Shown here: positions 19,848 to 30,600 of the stretch, piece by piece
Layout: every line of letters starts with the position of its first letter
Numbering within the stretch: position 1 is the stretch's first letter
Assembly (NCBI GenBank): GCA_045531155.1
Contig: JAZSDK010000065.1
Coordinates: 4,564-68,563 of the forward strand
DNA: 64,000 nucleotides
From: Faecalimonas sp.
Lineage (GTDB): Bacteria; Bacillota; Clostridia; Lachnospirales; Lachnospiraceae
Reading direction: 5' to 3'
Program-made: the position numbers and the translations under genes
Notes under the pieces: generated by a model
Told to the model about the DNA's origin: nothing
The model's database searches: none
What the model saw: the letters and a program-made list of their open reading frames with translations, nothing else

Positions 19848-21581
19848 ATGAGAAAGAATTTAAAACGATTATTTAGTTATTATAGACCATATAAATTGCT
19901 GTTTTTCAGCGATTTGTTTTTTGCAATGCTGGGGGCGGCAATTACTTTGGTGATGCCCCTTATCGTACGTTATGTTACCAATGAAGTGGTATATTTTGAA
20001 GGGCAGCAGGCATTGCGTACTATCTTTATTCTGGGTGGGGTAATGATTGCACTTGTACTCATTGAAATGGGATGTAACTATTTCATGACATATTACGGTC
20101 ACATGATGGGAGCCAGAATGGAAGCCAATATGCGAAAGGATATCTTTGAGCATTATCAGAAGTTATCATTCACCTTTTTCGATAATCGAAAAGTGGGTGA
20201 ATTGCTGTCACGTATTACCAGTGACTTGTTTGATATTACGGAACTGTTGCATCACGGACCAGAGGACTTGCTGATTTCATTTATTAAGTTAGTGGGTGCA
20301 TTTGTTATCTTGATTCGGATTAATCTGCCCCTTACTTTAGTGACATTTGCCTGCATACCGGTGATGTTAGTGCTGGCCATTTATTATAATCGGAAAATGA
20401 AACGTGCCTTCAAAAGAAATCGTCAGCGTGTGGCAGAAATTAACACTCAGATTGAAGATAGTTTATCCGGTGTTCGCGTGGTGAAATCTTTCGCAAACGA
20501 AGACATAGAAATAGAAAAGTTTAAGGAGGGAAATCGCAACTATATCGCATCTAAGAAGGACAGTTATCGCTATATGGCGGGCTATCACTCCAGCGTGGGA
20601 GCAATGACAACTATGGTTACAGTCATCGTCATTGTATTAGGCGGCTTATTGATGAATAACAATACCATTAAAGCAACGGATTTGATTACATTCTTATTAT
20701 ATATTCATAACTTTACCGAGCCTGTGCGAAAACTCATTAATTTTGCAGAACAGTTCCAGAATGGATATTCCGGATTTGAACGTTTCATGGAAGTGATGGA
20801 TACCCGCCCGGACATTCAGGATGAAAAGGATGCAGTATCTGTGAAAGATTTAGAAGGCGATATTGCCTTTGAAAATGTGTCCTTCCATTATGCAAGTAAC
20901 AAGGAACAAGTGCTTAAAAATATCAATCTGAACGTTGCAGCGGGTGAGTATGTGGCTCTTGTTGGGGCATCCGGAGTTGGTAAAACAACGCTTTGCAGTC
21001 TTATTCCACGTTTCTATGAGGTGACAGAGGGAGTAATTAAGATTGACGGCATGGATATCCGCAAGATGAAACAAGCTGACCTTCGCAGTCAGATTGGTAT
21101 TGTGCAACAGGATGTTTACCTGTTTGCCGGCAATATCTTAGACAATATCCGCTATGGGAAACCGGATGCAACAGACGAGGAAGTTATCTTGGCGGCAAAA
21201 CGTGCAAATGCACATGATTTTATTATGAGTTTTCCAGATGGATATCAGTCAGATATCGGGCAACGTGGGGTGAAATTATCAGGCGGACAGAAGCAACGTT
21301 TATCAATTGCGCGAGTGTTCCTTAAGAATCCCCCGATTCTGATTTTTGATGAGGCAACTTCAGCACTGGACAATGAAAGTGAATTAGTTGTGCAACGGTC
21401 TATGGAGGAACTGGCAAAGGATAGGACAACCTTCGTGATTGCACATAGACTTTCGACTATTCGTAAGGCGCAAAGAATTCTGGTACTTACAGAGGATGGA
21501 ATTGAGGAAGAAGGGACGCATGAGGAACTGCTGGAGAAGAAGGGTGCGTATGAGGCACTGTATAATTTGCAGTTTCGATAG
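19848..21581 (+). CDS. ABC transporter, fused permease/ATPase (exporter)
   Basis: N-terminal TM domain, GASGVGKT, LSGGQKQR, DEATSALD. Confidence 0.9.
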   Translation: MRKNLKRLFSYYRPYKLLFFSDLFFAMLGAAITLVMPLIVRYVTNEVVYFEGQQALRTIFILGGVMIALVLIEMGCNYFMTYYGHMMGARMEANMRKDIFEHYQKLSFTFFDNRKVGELLSRITSDLFDITELLHHGPEDLLISFIKLVGAFVILIRINLPLTLVTFACIPVMLVLAIYYNRKMKRAFKRNRQRVAEINTQIEDSLSGVRVVKSFANEDIEIEKFKEGNRNYIASKKDSYRYMAGYHSSVGAMTTMVTVIVIVLGGLLMNNNTIKATDLITFLLYIHNFTEPVRKLINFAEQFQNGYSGFERFMEVMDTRPDIQDEKDAVSVKDLEGDIAFENVSFHYASNKEQVLKNINLNVAAGEYVALVGASGVGKTTLCSLIPRFYEVTEGVIKIDGMDIRKMKQADLRSQIGIVQQDVYLFAGNILDNIRYGKPDATDEEVILAAKRANAHDFIMSFPDGYQSDIGQRGVKLSGGQKQRLSIARVFLKNPPILIFDEATSALDNESELVVQRSMEELAKDRTTFVIAHRLSTIRKAQRILVLTEDGIEEEGTHEELLEKKGAYEALYNLQFR

Positions 21582-21660
21582 GAAAAGAATGTTATAAAAT
21601 CTACCCAACCAGTTAAAACTATGGTATTATTATTAAATTAAAGTAACAAGGAGAAAAAAC

Positions 21661-22563
21661 GTGGGAGAGATACAGTTTAGACGAACGGAGTTGGAAGATA
21701 GGGATATGATGCATGCATATTTTCGTAAATATCCAAGCAGAAGCTGTGAGAGAACATTTGCAAATGCACTTCTTTGGTCGAGACATTACCCTGTTCAGTT
21801 TGCAGAGATAGAAAACACTTTGGTATTTCGCTCCACCAGTCATGGAGAGGCATATACCTATCCAGCAGGGGAGACAGAAAATGTGAAGCGTGCGCTGGAT
21901 TTCTTAATGGCTGACACGAAAGAGCGTGGCGTACCATTTGTGTTATATCATATTACGTCGGAGCAGTTCGAACAGATTGATGCATGGTATCCGGGAAGGT
22001 TTGAACTGGAATTGAACCGAGACATTGCGGACTATATCTATGAGTCTGAGAAACTGGCGACGTTATCAGGGAAGAAGCTTCATGCCAAGCGCAATCACAT
22101 TAACAAGTTCAAGGCGACTCACGAAAACTGGAGTTACGAAACCATGTCGGAGGACAATCTGGAGGAATGTTTCCAGATGGCTCTGAAGTGGAGAAATGAG
22201 AACGGCTGCGAGGAAGACGAGGAAAAGAATGCAGAGATGTGTGTCACCTTAAATGCCCTTCGACTATTTAAGGAGTTGGAGCTGACAGGAGGAATTCTTC
22301 GCATCAATGGAGAGATTGTTGCATTTACCATTGGAGAGGAACTAAGCGAGGATACCTTCGTGGTACACATTGAGAAAGCATTTGCAGATATCCAAGGTGC
22401 ATACCCGATGATTAATCAGCAGTTCGTGGAACACGAATGCATGAAATATAAATATATCAACAGAGAAGAGGATACCGGTGCAGAGGGGCTTCGAAAGGCA
22501 AAGCTATCTTATCGACCAACCTTCTTGCAGGAAAAAGGTATTGTAAAGGAGAGAGAAAAATGA
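21661..22563 (+). CDS. Stand-alone DUF2156 protein (MprF C-terminal-like aminoacyltransferase domain)
   Basis: DYIY...L..LSGKK.H.KRNHIN.F, HIEKA, YINREED.G.EGLRKAKLSY.P; GTG start behind AGGAG. Confidence 0.85.
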   Translation: MGEIQFRRTELEDRDMMHAYFRKYPSRSCERTFANALLWSRHYPVQFAEIENTLVFRSTSHGEAYTYPAGETENVKRALDFLMADTKERGVPFVLYHITSEQFEQIDAWYPGRFELELNRDIADYIYESEKLATLSGKKLHAKRNHINKFKATHENWSYETMSEDNLEECFQMALKWRNENGCEEDEEKNAEMCVTLNALRLFKELELTGGILRINGEIVAFTIGEELSEDTFVVHIEKAFADIQGAYPMINQQFVEHECMKYKYINREEDTGAEGLRKAKLSYRPTFLQEKGIVKEREK

Positions 22564-23747
22564 TAGCAGAGAAAATGCAGAATATGGTGAAAAACAGCTC
22601 GGCAATCCGTGCTATGTTTGAGGAAGGAAACCGTTTGGCAAAGATTTATGGTAAAGAAAATGTTTTTGACTTTAGTTTGGGAAATCCAAATGTGCCGGCA
22701 CCACAGGCTGTAAAGGATGCCATTATTGAGATTTTAAATGAAGAGGATCCGGTTGCATTGCACGGCTATACCAACAGCAATGCGGGCTATGAGGATGTAA
22801 GACAGGCGGTAGCAGAGTCTATTAATGAGAAGTTTGGCACTGCATTTGCAGCAAGAAATATTGTGATGACAGTGGGAGCAGCGGGTGGACTTAACGTAGC
22901 CCTTAAGATTTTACTGAATCCTGGGGATGAAGTAATCGTGTTTGCACCTTACTTTGGAGAGTATAGAAGCTATACTGCCAACTTTGACGGTGTAATTGTT
23001 GCAATCTCACCGGATATAGATACCTTCCAACCAAAGTTGGATGAATTTGAAGCAAAGATTACGCCAAAGACCAAAGCAGTAATTGTAAATACACCAAACA
23101 ACCCAACCGGAGTTGTTTATTCAGAAGAAACCATAAAAAAACTGTCTGCCATCATGGAAGCAAAGCAGAAGGAATTCGGTACGGACATTTACCTGATTTC
23201 CGATGAGCCATATCGTGAACTTGCCTATGATGGGGTAGAAGTTCCATATTTGACTAAATATTATGCAAATACAATCGTGGGTTACTCATTTAGTAAATCC
23301 TTGTCTCTTCCGGGAGAGCGTATTGGCTATTTGGTAATTCCGGATGAAACATCGGATAGTGCAGATTTAATTTCTGCAGCAAGCGTTGCAACACGTATTT
23401 TAGGATTTGTAAATGCACCAACCTTGCAACAGAAAATGGTGGTGAAATGTCTCAATGAGCAGACCGATATTTCTTACTATGACAGAAACCGTGAAACTCT
23501 ATACAATGGTTTGACAGATTGTGGATTTACCTGTATTAAACCGGAGGGTGCATTCTACTTGTTTGTAAAATCACCGGTTGAAAATGAGAAGGAATTCTGT
23601 GATGCAGCGAAGAAGTACAATATCTTAATTGTGCCGGGAAGCTCCTTTGGATGTCCTGGTTATGTGCGTATGGCGTACTGCGTTGCATATGAAACTATCC
23701 TAAATTCACTACCTAAATTTAAAGAACTTGCAAAGGAATACTTTTAA
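22560..23747 (+). CDS. PLP-dependent class I aminotransferase (aspartate aminotransferase-like)
   Basis: NTPNNPTG, SDEPY, SFSKSLSLPGERIG. Confidence 0.9.
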   Translation: MIAEKMQNMVKNSSAIRAMFEEGNRLAKIYGKENVFDFSLGNPNVPAPQAVKDAIIEILNEEDPVALHGYTNSNAGYEDVRQAVAESINEKFGTAFAARNIVMTVGAAGGLNVALKILLNPGDEVIVFAPYFGEYRSYTANFDGVIVAISPDIDTFQPKLDEFEAKITPKTKAVIVNTPNNPTGVVYSEETIKKLSAIMEAKQKEFGTDIYLISDEPYRELAYDGVEVPYLTKYYANTIVGYSFSKSLSLPGERIGYLVIPDETSDSADLISAASVATRILGFVNAPTLQQKMVVKCLNEQTDISYYDRNRETLYNGLTDCGFTCIKPEGAFYLFVKSPVENEKEFCDAAKKYNILIVPGSSFGCPGYVRMAYCVAYETILNSLPKFKELAKEYF

Positions 23748-23748
23748 G

Positions 23749-24810
23749 ATGAAAGCGTTTGAGAAAAATATTCGTAAGGTGGAGCCTTATGTTCCGGGGG
23801 AACAGCCGAGGCGAAAAGTGATTAAATTGAATACCAATGAAAATCCATATCCACCTGCACCGGGGGTTAGTAAAGCTCTGCAGGGCATGGATGTTGACAG
23901 CTTCCGTTTATACCCAGACCCGACAGCAGGAGATTTAGTACATACTTTGGCAGAATACTATGGCGTAAGTGATGAGCAGGTATTCGTGGGTGTGGGGTCC
24001 GATGATGTATTGGCTATGTGTTTTCTTACATTTTTTAATTCGGATAAGCCGATTTTGTTTCCGGATATTACTTATTCCTTCTACAAGGTGTGGGCGGAGC
24101 TTTATCGGATTCCATACGAATGTCCGGCAGTGGATGAAGATTTCCACATGGTGAAAGAGGATTATTATAAGGAAAACGGTGGAATTATTTTCCCAAATCC
24201 AAATGCACCGACTTCTATCTATGAAAATTTGGATTTTGTAGAAGATATCTTAAAACACAATGAAGATGTCATTGTGATTGTGGATGAGGCATATATTGAT
24301 TTTGCAGGGAAGTCAGCTATTGAATTAATTGATAAATACGAGAATCTGATTGTGGTGCAGACTTTTTCTAAGGCTCGTTCTATGGCGGGTATGAGAATTG
24401 GTTATGCAATCAGTAACCCAACATTGATTAAATACTTAAATGATGCGAAGTATTCTTTCAACTCTTACACCATGAATATGACTTCTTTGGTGTGCGGCGT
24501 GGAGGCCGTGAAAGATAAGGCATATTTTGAAGAGACAGTGCAGAAAATCAAGGACACGAGAGAGTGGACGAAGAAGGAACTTACAAAGCTTGGATTCACA
24601 TATCCGGACTCTCAGTCCAATTTTATCTTTGCAACACACGAAAAATATGAGGCAAAGGATTTGTTTGAGGCACTTAAGGAAGCGGATATTTATGTGAGAT
24701 TCTTGGGCGGAGAGCGTATTAAAAATTATTTGCGCATTTCTATAGGTACCATGGAAGAGATGGAACGACTGATTGCGTTCCTAACAGAATATATGACAAA
24801 TCACGAATAG
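23749..24810 (+). CDS. hisC: Histidinol-phosphate aminotransferase
   Basis: PYVPGEQP, KLNTNENPY, NPNAPT, DEAY, TFSK.R..AG.RIG. Confidence 0.88.
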   Translation: MKAFEKNIRKVEPYVPGEQPRRKVIKLNTNENPYPPAPGVSKALQGMDVDSFRLYPDPTAGDLVHTLAEYYGVSDEQVFVGVGSDDVLAMCFLTFFNSDKPILFPDITYSFYKVWAELYRIPYECPAVDEDFHMVKEDYYKENGGIIFPNPNAPTSIYENLDFVEDILKHNEDVIVIVDEAYIDFAGKSAIELIDKYENLIVVQTFSKARSMAGMRIGYAISNPTLIKYLNDAKYSFNSYTMNMTSLVCGVEAVKDKAYFEETVQKIKDTREWTKKELTKLGFTYPDSQSNFIFATHEKYEAKDLFEALKEADIYVRFLGGERIKNYLRISIGTMEEMERLIAFLTEYMTNHE

Positions 24811-24822
24811 GGGAGTAAAAAG

Positions 24823-25671
24823 ATGTTAAAACTTATTTTACAGGGAATGGCAGTAGGAATTGCGAATATTATTCCAGGTGTTAGTGGAGGCACCATGATG
24901 GTTGCAATGGGCTTATACGACAAACTCATTCACGCCATTACACATTTGAAGAGTGAATTTAAAAGTGCATTAAAGTTATTAGTTCCGATTTTTGCGGGAG
25001 CAGGAATTGCAGTGGTTGTATTATCCAGAATCTTTGAATACCTACTGGCAAATCACCCGATTCCAACCAATTTTGCATTTTGTGGTTTGATAGCAGGAAG
25101 TCTTCCATTTATCTTTAAAAAAGTGGAAGGAAAGAAGATTACCGTAGGGAAAGTTATTCCGTTTATTATTTTCTTTGCGGTGGTAATTCTTATGGCAGTT
25201 ATGGGAGAAGCCGCTGGAGCAGATGCGGATGTAAGCTTTGGCGTGGTAAATGTAATCAAGCTTCTTGGTGTGGGCATTGTTGCAGCAGCCACTATGGTGG
25301 TTCCGGGTGTCAGTGGCTCTATGATGTTAATGCTTTTGGGATACTATGATGTGATTCTTGCAACAATCAATGATTTTATTGATGCGGCATTGGCATTTGA
25401 TATCAAAGCAATTTTGGTGGCAACCGGTGTTCTGGCGCCGTTTGGCATCGGTGTGGTTGTTGGTATCTTTGTAATTGCTAAGATTATTGAATTTATCTTT
25501 GCTAAGGCAGAGACGCATGCATATTTTGGAATTATCGGTTTGATTATGGCATCACCAATTGCCATACTTTTACAGACGGATTGGGGTAAATTTTCTGTTC
25601 CGACTCTGATTATCAGCGTAGTTACATTTGTTGCGGGATGGTTTGCGGCAAGCAAGCTTGGTGAGGAATAA
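24823..25671 (+). CDS. DUF368 membrane protein (undecaprenyl-phosphate translocase family)
   Basis: Two PGVSG motifs (IPGVSGGT, VPGVSGS), many TM helices. Confidence 0.88.
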   Translation: MLKLILQGMAVGIANIIPGVSGGTMMVAMGLYDKLIHAITHLKSEFKSALKLLVPIFAGAGIAVVVLSRIFEYLLANHPIPTNFAFCGLIAGSLPFIFKKVEGKKITVGKVIPFIIFFAVVILMAVMGEAAGADADVSFGVVNVIKLLGVGIVAAATMVVPGVSGSMMLMLLGYYDVILATINDFIDAALAFDIKAILVATGVLAPFGIGVVVGIFVIAKIIEFIFAKAETHAYFGIIGLIMASPIAILLQTDWGKFSVPTLIISVVTFVAGWFAASKLGEE

Positions 25672-25686
25672 TCTCTCCTTTTTACG

Positions 25687-25715
25687 TTGACACGAGTAGG
25701 AAAAATTCTTATAAT
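25687..25715 (+). promoter_or_regulatory. Consensus sigma-A promoter
   Basis: TTGACA-N17-TATAAT, perfect match. Confidence 0.8.
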
Positions 25716-25735
25716 CTAGATAGAAGAAAAACGAG

Positions 25736-26203
25736 GTGAAACGTATGGAAATGAGACAGAGAGATGAAGCAAAAAGAAGCAAAGCATGGGTGATTGTAAT
25801 GCTGGCTTCCAGTGCAATTATATTGCTGATAGTTGCCTTTCTTATCACAAACTCTGTGACAGGTAATCCGCTGAAGGGCGAGTGGCTGGCAGAGGGTCAA
25901 GGGTATCAACTGGAAATCGATGATGATGAGATTACTGTGGAGACTACCATTGATGGCCAATATGTAGAGGTAGATTTATACTATACCCTTGATAAAACAG
26001 ATAGAATTGTTACCTTGAAATCAAGTACAACGTCCTATGCAGAGGCGGCTGAAAACACAGATGGAAAAGTTGTTGCGGCTCAAATAGATGAGGCAATCAG
26101 TGAATTCTTAGGCTCATATAATTATAGTATTGATGACGGCAAGTTAACACTGACAAAACGGGAATTCGAAGATGAATTCGTATTTACCAGAATAGAGAAA
26201 TAA
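25736..26203 (+). CDS. Hypothetical membrane-anchored extracellular protein
   Basis: N-terminal TM helix, NPLKGEW, acidic domain; own promoter; start may be 25745. Confidence 0.75.
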   Translation: MKRMEMRQRDEAKRSKAWVIVMLASSAIILLIVAFLITNSVTGNPLKGEWLAEGQGYQLEIDDDEITVETTIDGQYVEVDLYYTLDKTDRIVTLKSSTTSYAEAAENTDGKVVAAQIDEAISEFLGSYNYSIDDGKLTLTKREFEDEFVFTRIEK

Positions 26204-26204
26204 A

Positions 26205-26235
26205 TGAGATTGCGCTCTGTGCGCAATCTTATCTT
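26205..26235 (+). terminator. Hairpin, probable terminator
   Basis: gagattgcgc / gcgcaatctt directly after the stop codon. Confidence 0.55.
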
Positions 26236-26272
26236 GATTATAGAACATTGAACATTGGTGTTTTTCCAATAC

Positions 26273-26445
26273 TTTCTATAGAATGTCGATTTTATATGTA
26301 AAATACCCATGAATTTATGAAAATCTGGGTATTTTTGAGTGTTAGAGAGCTGTTTATAGAAAGTTGATTGGAAAAAGTCGCCTTTTGAAGGGTGATTTTT
26401 GCCAATTATGGGTATTTGAAGCAAGATAATAGGCTATAATACCCA
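26273..26445. repeat. Three 8-N21-8 units (TTTCTATA and TGGGTATT boxes), copy 1
   Basis: TTTCTATA-N21-AATACCCA-N16-TGGGTATT-N21-TATAGAAA-N46-TGGGTATT-N21-AATACCCA. Confidence 0.9.
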
Positions 26446-26547
26446 GCTAATGTAGAAAGTGCTTTGGACAAAACCCAGTTAATGGAGGGGAGAGCATTGG
26501 ATAATGCTAGTGCAAGTATAAAAAAATTGTCAAACTAGGAGGCGCAC

Positions 26548-27603
26548 ATGAGAAGAGAACATACAAAAGTAATACAAATAGGCAATGTAAAAATTGGCGG
26601 TGGTAATCCAATTGCCATTCAATCCATGACCAACACAAGAACAGAGGATGTGGAAGCAACAGTTGCCCAGATTCTGGCTTTGGAGGCTGTTGGCTGTGAG
26701 ATTATCCGATGTGCGGTTCCAACCATGGAAGCTGCACAGGCGCTTTCTGAGATTAAGAAGCAGATTCATATCCCACTTGTGGCAGACATTCATTTTGATT
26801 ATAAATTGGCCATCGCAGCAATTGAAAATGGTGCAGATAAAATCCGTATTAATCCGGGGAATATCGGTGATACGGAACGTGTAAGACAGGTGATTGAAAA
26901 GGCGAAAGAATATAATGTGCCAATTCGCGTTGGTGTAAACAGTGGTTCGTTGGAGAAGGAATTGGTTGCAAAATACGGCGGCGTTACAGCAGAGGGCATT
27001 GTAGAGAGTGCATTAGATAAGGTGCACCTTATTGAGAACATGGGATATGATAACCTGGTAGTAAGTATCAAATCCTCCGATGTATTGATGTGCGTGAAGG
27101 CCCATGAACTAATTTCAGAGCAATGTAATTACCCATTACATATTGGTATTACGGAATCAGGCACGGTTTTATCAGGAAATATTAAATCATCGGTAGGACT
27201 TGGTATCATGCTATATCAAGGTCTTGGTGATACCATCCGTGTATCATTGACCGGTGACCCGTTAGAGGAAATCAAATCTGCAAAATTGATACTGCGTACA
27301 CTTGGACTTCGCAAGGGCGGTATTGAAGTTGTTTCCTGCCCGACATGCGGAAGAACCAAGATAGATTTAATCAGTTTGGCGAATCAAGTAGAAAATATGG
27401 TGGCAGATATCCCGCTTGACATCAAAGTCGCAGTTATGGGCTGTGTGGTAAATGGACCGGGAGAAGCCAAGGAAGCAGATATCGGAATCGCCGGTGGTGT
27501 CGGCGAAGGACTTCTCATCAAGAAGGGTGAGATTGTAAAGAAAGTAAAAGAAGAAGAACTATTAGAGACTCTCAGGGAAGAACTCTTAAACTGGGAGAAG
27601 TAA
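26548..27603 (+). CDS. ispG: (E)-4-hydroxy-3-methylbut-2-enyl-diphosphate synthase
   Basis: QSMTNT, VADIHF, RINPGN, GDTIRVSL, SCPTCGR, MGCVVNGPGE. Confidence 0.97.
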   Translation: MRREHTKVIQIGNVKIGGGNPIAIQSMTNTRTEDVEATVAQILALEAVGCEIIRCAVPTMEAAQALSEIKKQIHIPLVADIHFDYKLAIAAIENGADKIRINPGNIGDTERVRQVIEKAKEYNVPIRVGVNSGSLEKELVAKYGGVTAEGIVESALDKVHLIENMGYDNLVVSIKSSDVLMCVKAHELISEQCNYPLHIGITESGTVLSGNIKSSVGLGIMLYQGLGDTIRVSLTGDPLEEIKSAKLILRTLGLRKGGIEVVSCPTCGRTKIDLISLANQVENMVADIPLDIKVAVMGCVVNGPGEAKEADIGIAGGVGEGLLIKKGEIVKKVKEEELLETLREELLNWEK

Positions 27604-27618
27604 TTGTAAGGAGCACAA

Positions 27619-30600
27619 ATGAGTAAATTGTTTTTCGAGGTGTTTCCAACTTTAAAGGTAAGTGAAGACATGCGACTCTTGTTTGGAGATGTGGAGGTAA
27701 CGAAGGTTGCAACCAATCCGGACAGGACTTATTTGCGTGTCCATTTTTTGAGCACGCATTTACTTGAAAAACGTGTGATATATGCCATGGAAAGAGCCAT
27801 CAAGGAACAGCTTTTTGGGCAGACCATGATCTGTGTGGAGCTGGTTGAATTCTATCAATTATCCAGCCAGTATACACCGGAAAATCTGTTGCGGGAGCAC
27901 AGAGAAAGCATTTTACTGGAACTGAAAAAACGCAGCATTGTGGAACACAACATGTTCGCCAATGCAAAATATACATTTGAAAATGGAAATGTTGTAACAC
28001 TGGAGTTTGAAGACACCATCGTAGCCGAGGGAAAAGCAGAATCTATTGTGGCACTTTTGAAGGAAATCTTTGAAGTGCGCTGCCATATACCGGTGGATAT
28101 CCGTGTGAATTATCACAAGGCGGAGAAAAGTAAGATTCAGGAACACAACGCCATTCGTCTGCAGCAGGAAATCAATGCAATTGTAGAGGCTAATGAAGCA
28201 AAGCAGGAAGAACTGAACGCCGAGAAAAAGGCGGAGAAGGAAACAAAGAAAGCCGAAAAAGAGGAGAAGAAGGCGAAGGCAGAGGCCTATGCAAAGAGAC
28301 AGGAAGGTTATCGAGCTGCGAAAAGATCCGAGGATCCAAATTTGGTTTACGGCAGAGATTTTGACGATGATCCGATTGAACTGAAGACCGTTATGGGTGA
28401 GATGGGCGAGATTACATTTCGCGGGCAAGTCACCAGCTTCGAAACGCGTGAGATTCGAAACGAGAAGACTATTGTCATGTTTGCAGTGACTGATTTCACA
28501 GATACCATTATGGTGAAAATGTTTGTGAAGAACGAACAGCTTCCTGTGATTTTAGACGACATAAAGAAGGGCGCTTTTCTAAAAATCAAGGGTGTAACAA
28601 CCATTGATAAATTTGACCATGAGCTTACCATTGGTTCGGTTACCGGAGTAAAAAAGATTCCAAGCTTTGTAACCAAGCGCAAGGATACGGCTCCGGAAAA
28701 ACGTGTGGAGCTCCATTGCCATACGAAAATGAGTGATATGGATGGAGTATCCGATACGAAATCAATCGTGAAACAAGCCCATGACTGGGGGCATAAGGCC
28801 ATTGCTATTACAGATCACGGTGTGGTGCAGGCATTTCCGGATGCCAACCATTATATTATGGACGATTTGGATAAGGAAGACCCGTTTAAGGTTATCTATG
28901 GTGTAGAGGCTTACTTGGTGGATGATTTAACAGACATCGCCGTGAATGCAGGAGAGCAGACTCTGGATGATACATATGTGGTATTCGATATCGAGACAAC
29001 CGGATTCAGCTCGGTGGAAGACCGTATCATAGAAATAGGTGCGGTGAAGGTGCAACATGGTGAGATTGTCGACTATTACAGTACCTTCGTTAATCCGAGT
29101 ATTCCAATCCCATTTAGAATTACAGAACTTACTAGTATTACAGATGAAATGGTGATGGATGCACCGAAAATTGATGTGATTTTACCGGAATTTCTGTCGT
29201 TTGTAGGGGATGCGGTATTGGTTGCCCATAATGCAGGATTTGACGTGGGATTTATCGAGCAGAATGGTAAAAATCTTGGACTGCCAAGTAAATTTACCTA
29301 TTTGGATACCGTGGCTCTTGCCCGTGTACTTTTGCCAACCCTTTCTAAATATAAGTTGAACATTGTAGCTAAAGCACTAGGCGTTTCCTTAGAAAACCAT
29401 CATCGAGCAGTGGATGATGCCAAGGCAACAGCAGAAATTTTTGTGAAGTTTGTGGAAATGCTGAAAGAACAGGACATCACGAATCTTTCGGAAGTGAACC
29501 GCTTTGGTGCCGCGAATCCGGATGCCATTCGAAAGATGCCGACCTATCACGCTATTATTCTTGCAAAAAATGATGTAGGACGAGTGAATCTGTATCGTCT
29601 GATTTCCATGTCCCATTTGACCTACTATGCAAGAAGGCCGCGAATCCCGAAAAGTGAGTTTTTAAAACTACGAGAGGGACTGATTATCGGCAGCGCCTGT
29701 GAGGCGGGGGAATTGTATAGTGCTATATTAGATAATAAATCGGAGGAAGCAATTGCAAGACTGGTGAATTTCTATGATTATTTGGAAATTCAGCCACTTG
29801 GAAATAACCGATTTATGATTGAGAGTGACAGACACGAGAATATTCAATCAGAAGAAGATTTGAGGGATATCAATCGACGTATTGTAAGGCTGGGAGAGGA
29901 ATTCCATAAGCCCGTTGTTGCAACCTGCGATGTGCATTTCCTAGAGCCGGAGGATGAGGTATACCGAAGAATTGTTATGGCAGGGCAAGGATTTACGGAT
30001 GCAGATAATCAGGCACCGTTATATCTTCGTACTACCGAAGAAATGCTGGAAGAGTTTGCCTACCTTGGTTCGAAAAAAGCATATGAAGTGGTTGTAACCA
30101 ATACCAATCTGATTGCTGACCAGATAGAGAAAATTTCGCCGGTTAGACCGGATAAGTGTCCGCCGGTGATTGAGGATTCTGATAAACAGCTTCGAGACAT
30201 TTGCTATAATAAAGCGCATAGTATGTACGGCGAAGAATTACCAACCATTGTAGTGGAACGTTTGGAAAGAGAGTTGAACTCCATTATCTCCAATGGATTC
30301 GCCGTAATGTACATTATTGCGCAGAAGCTGGTGTGGAAGTCGGTGGAGGACGGATACCTGGTAGGTTCCCGAGGTTCTGTAGGTTCGTCTTTTGTAGCAA
30401 CTATGGCGGGAATTACGGAAGTAAATCCGCTCAGTCCACACTATTATTGTACCGAGTGTCACTACAGCGATTTTGAGTCAGAAGAAGTGAGAAAATATGC
30501 CGGCGGCTGTGGATGGGATATGCCGGATAAGAATTGTCCGGTTTGCGGGAAACCACTTGTCAAAGACGGATTTGACATTCCGTTCGAGACCTTCCTTGGA

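Noticed and set aside
26122-26424. 100-aa minus-strand ORF
   Set aside because: Overlaps a real gene and the six-box repeat; probably a chance ORF.
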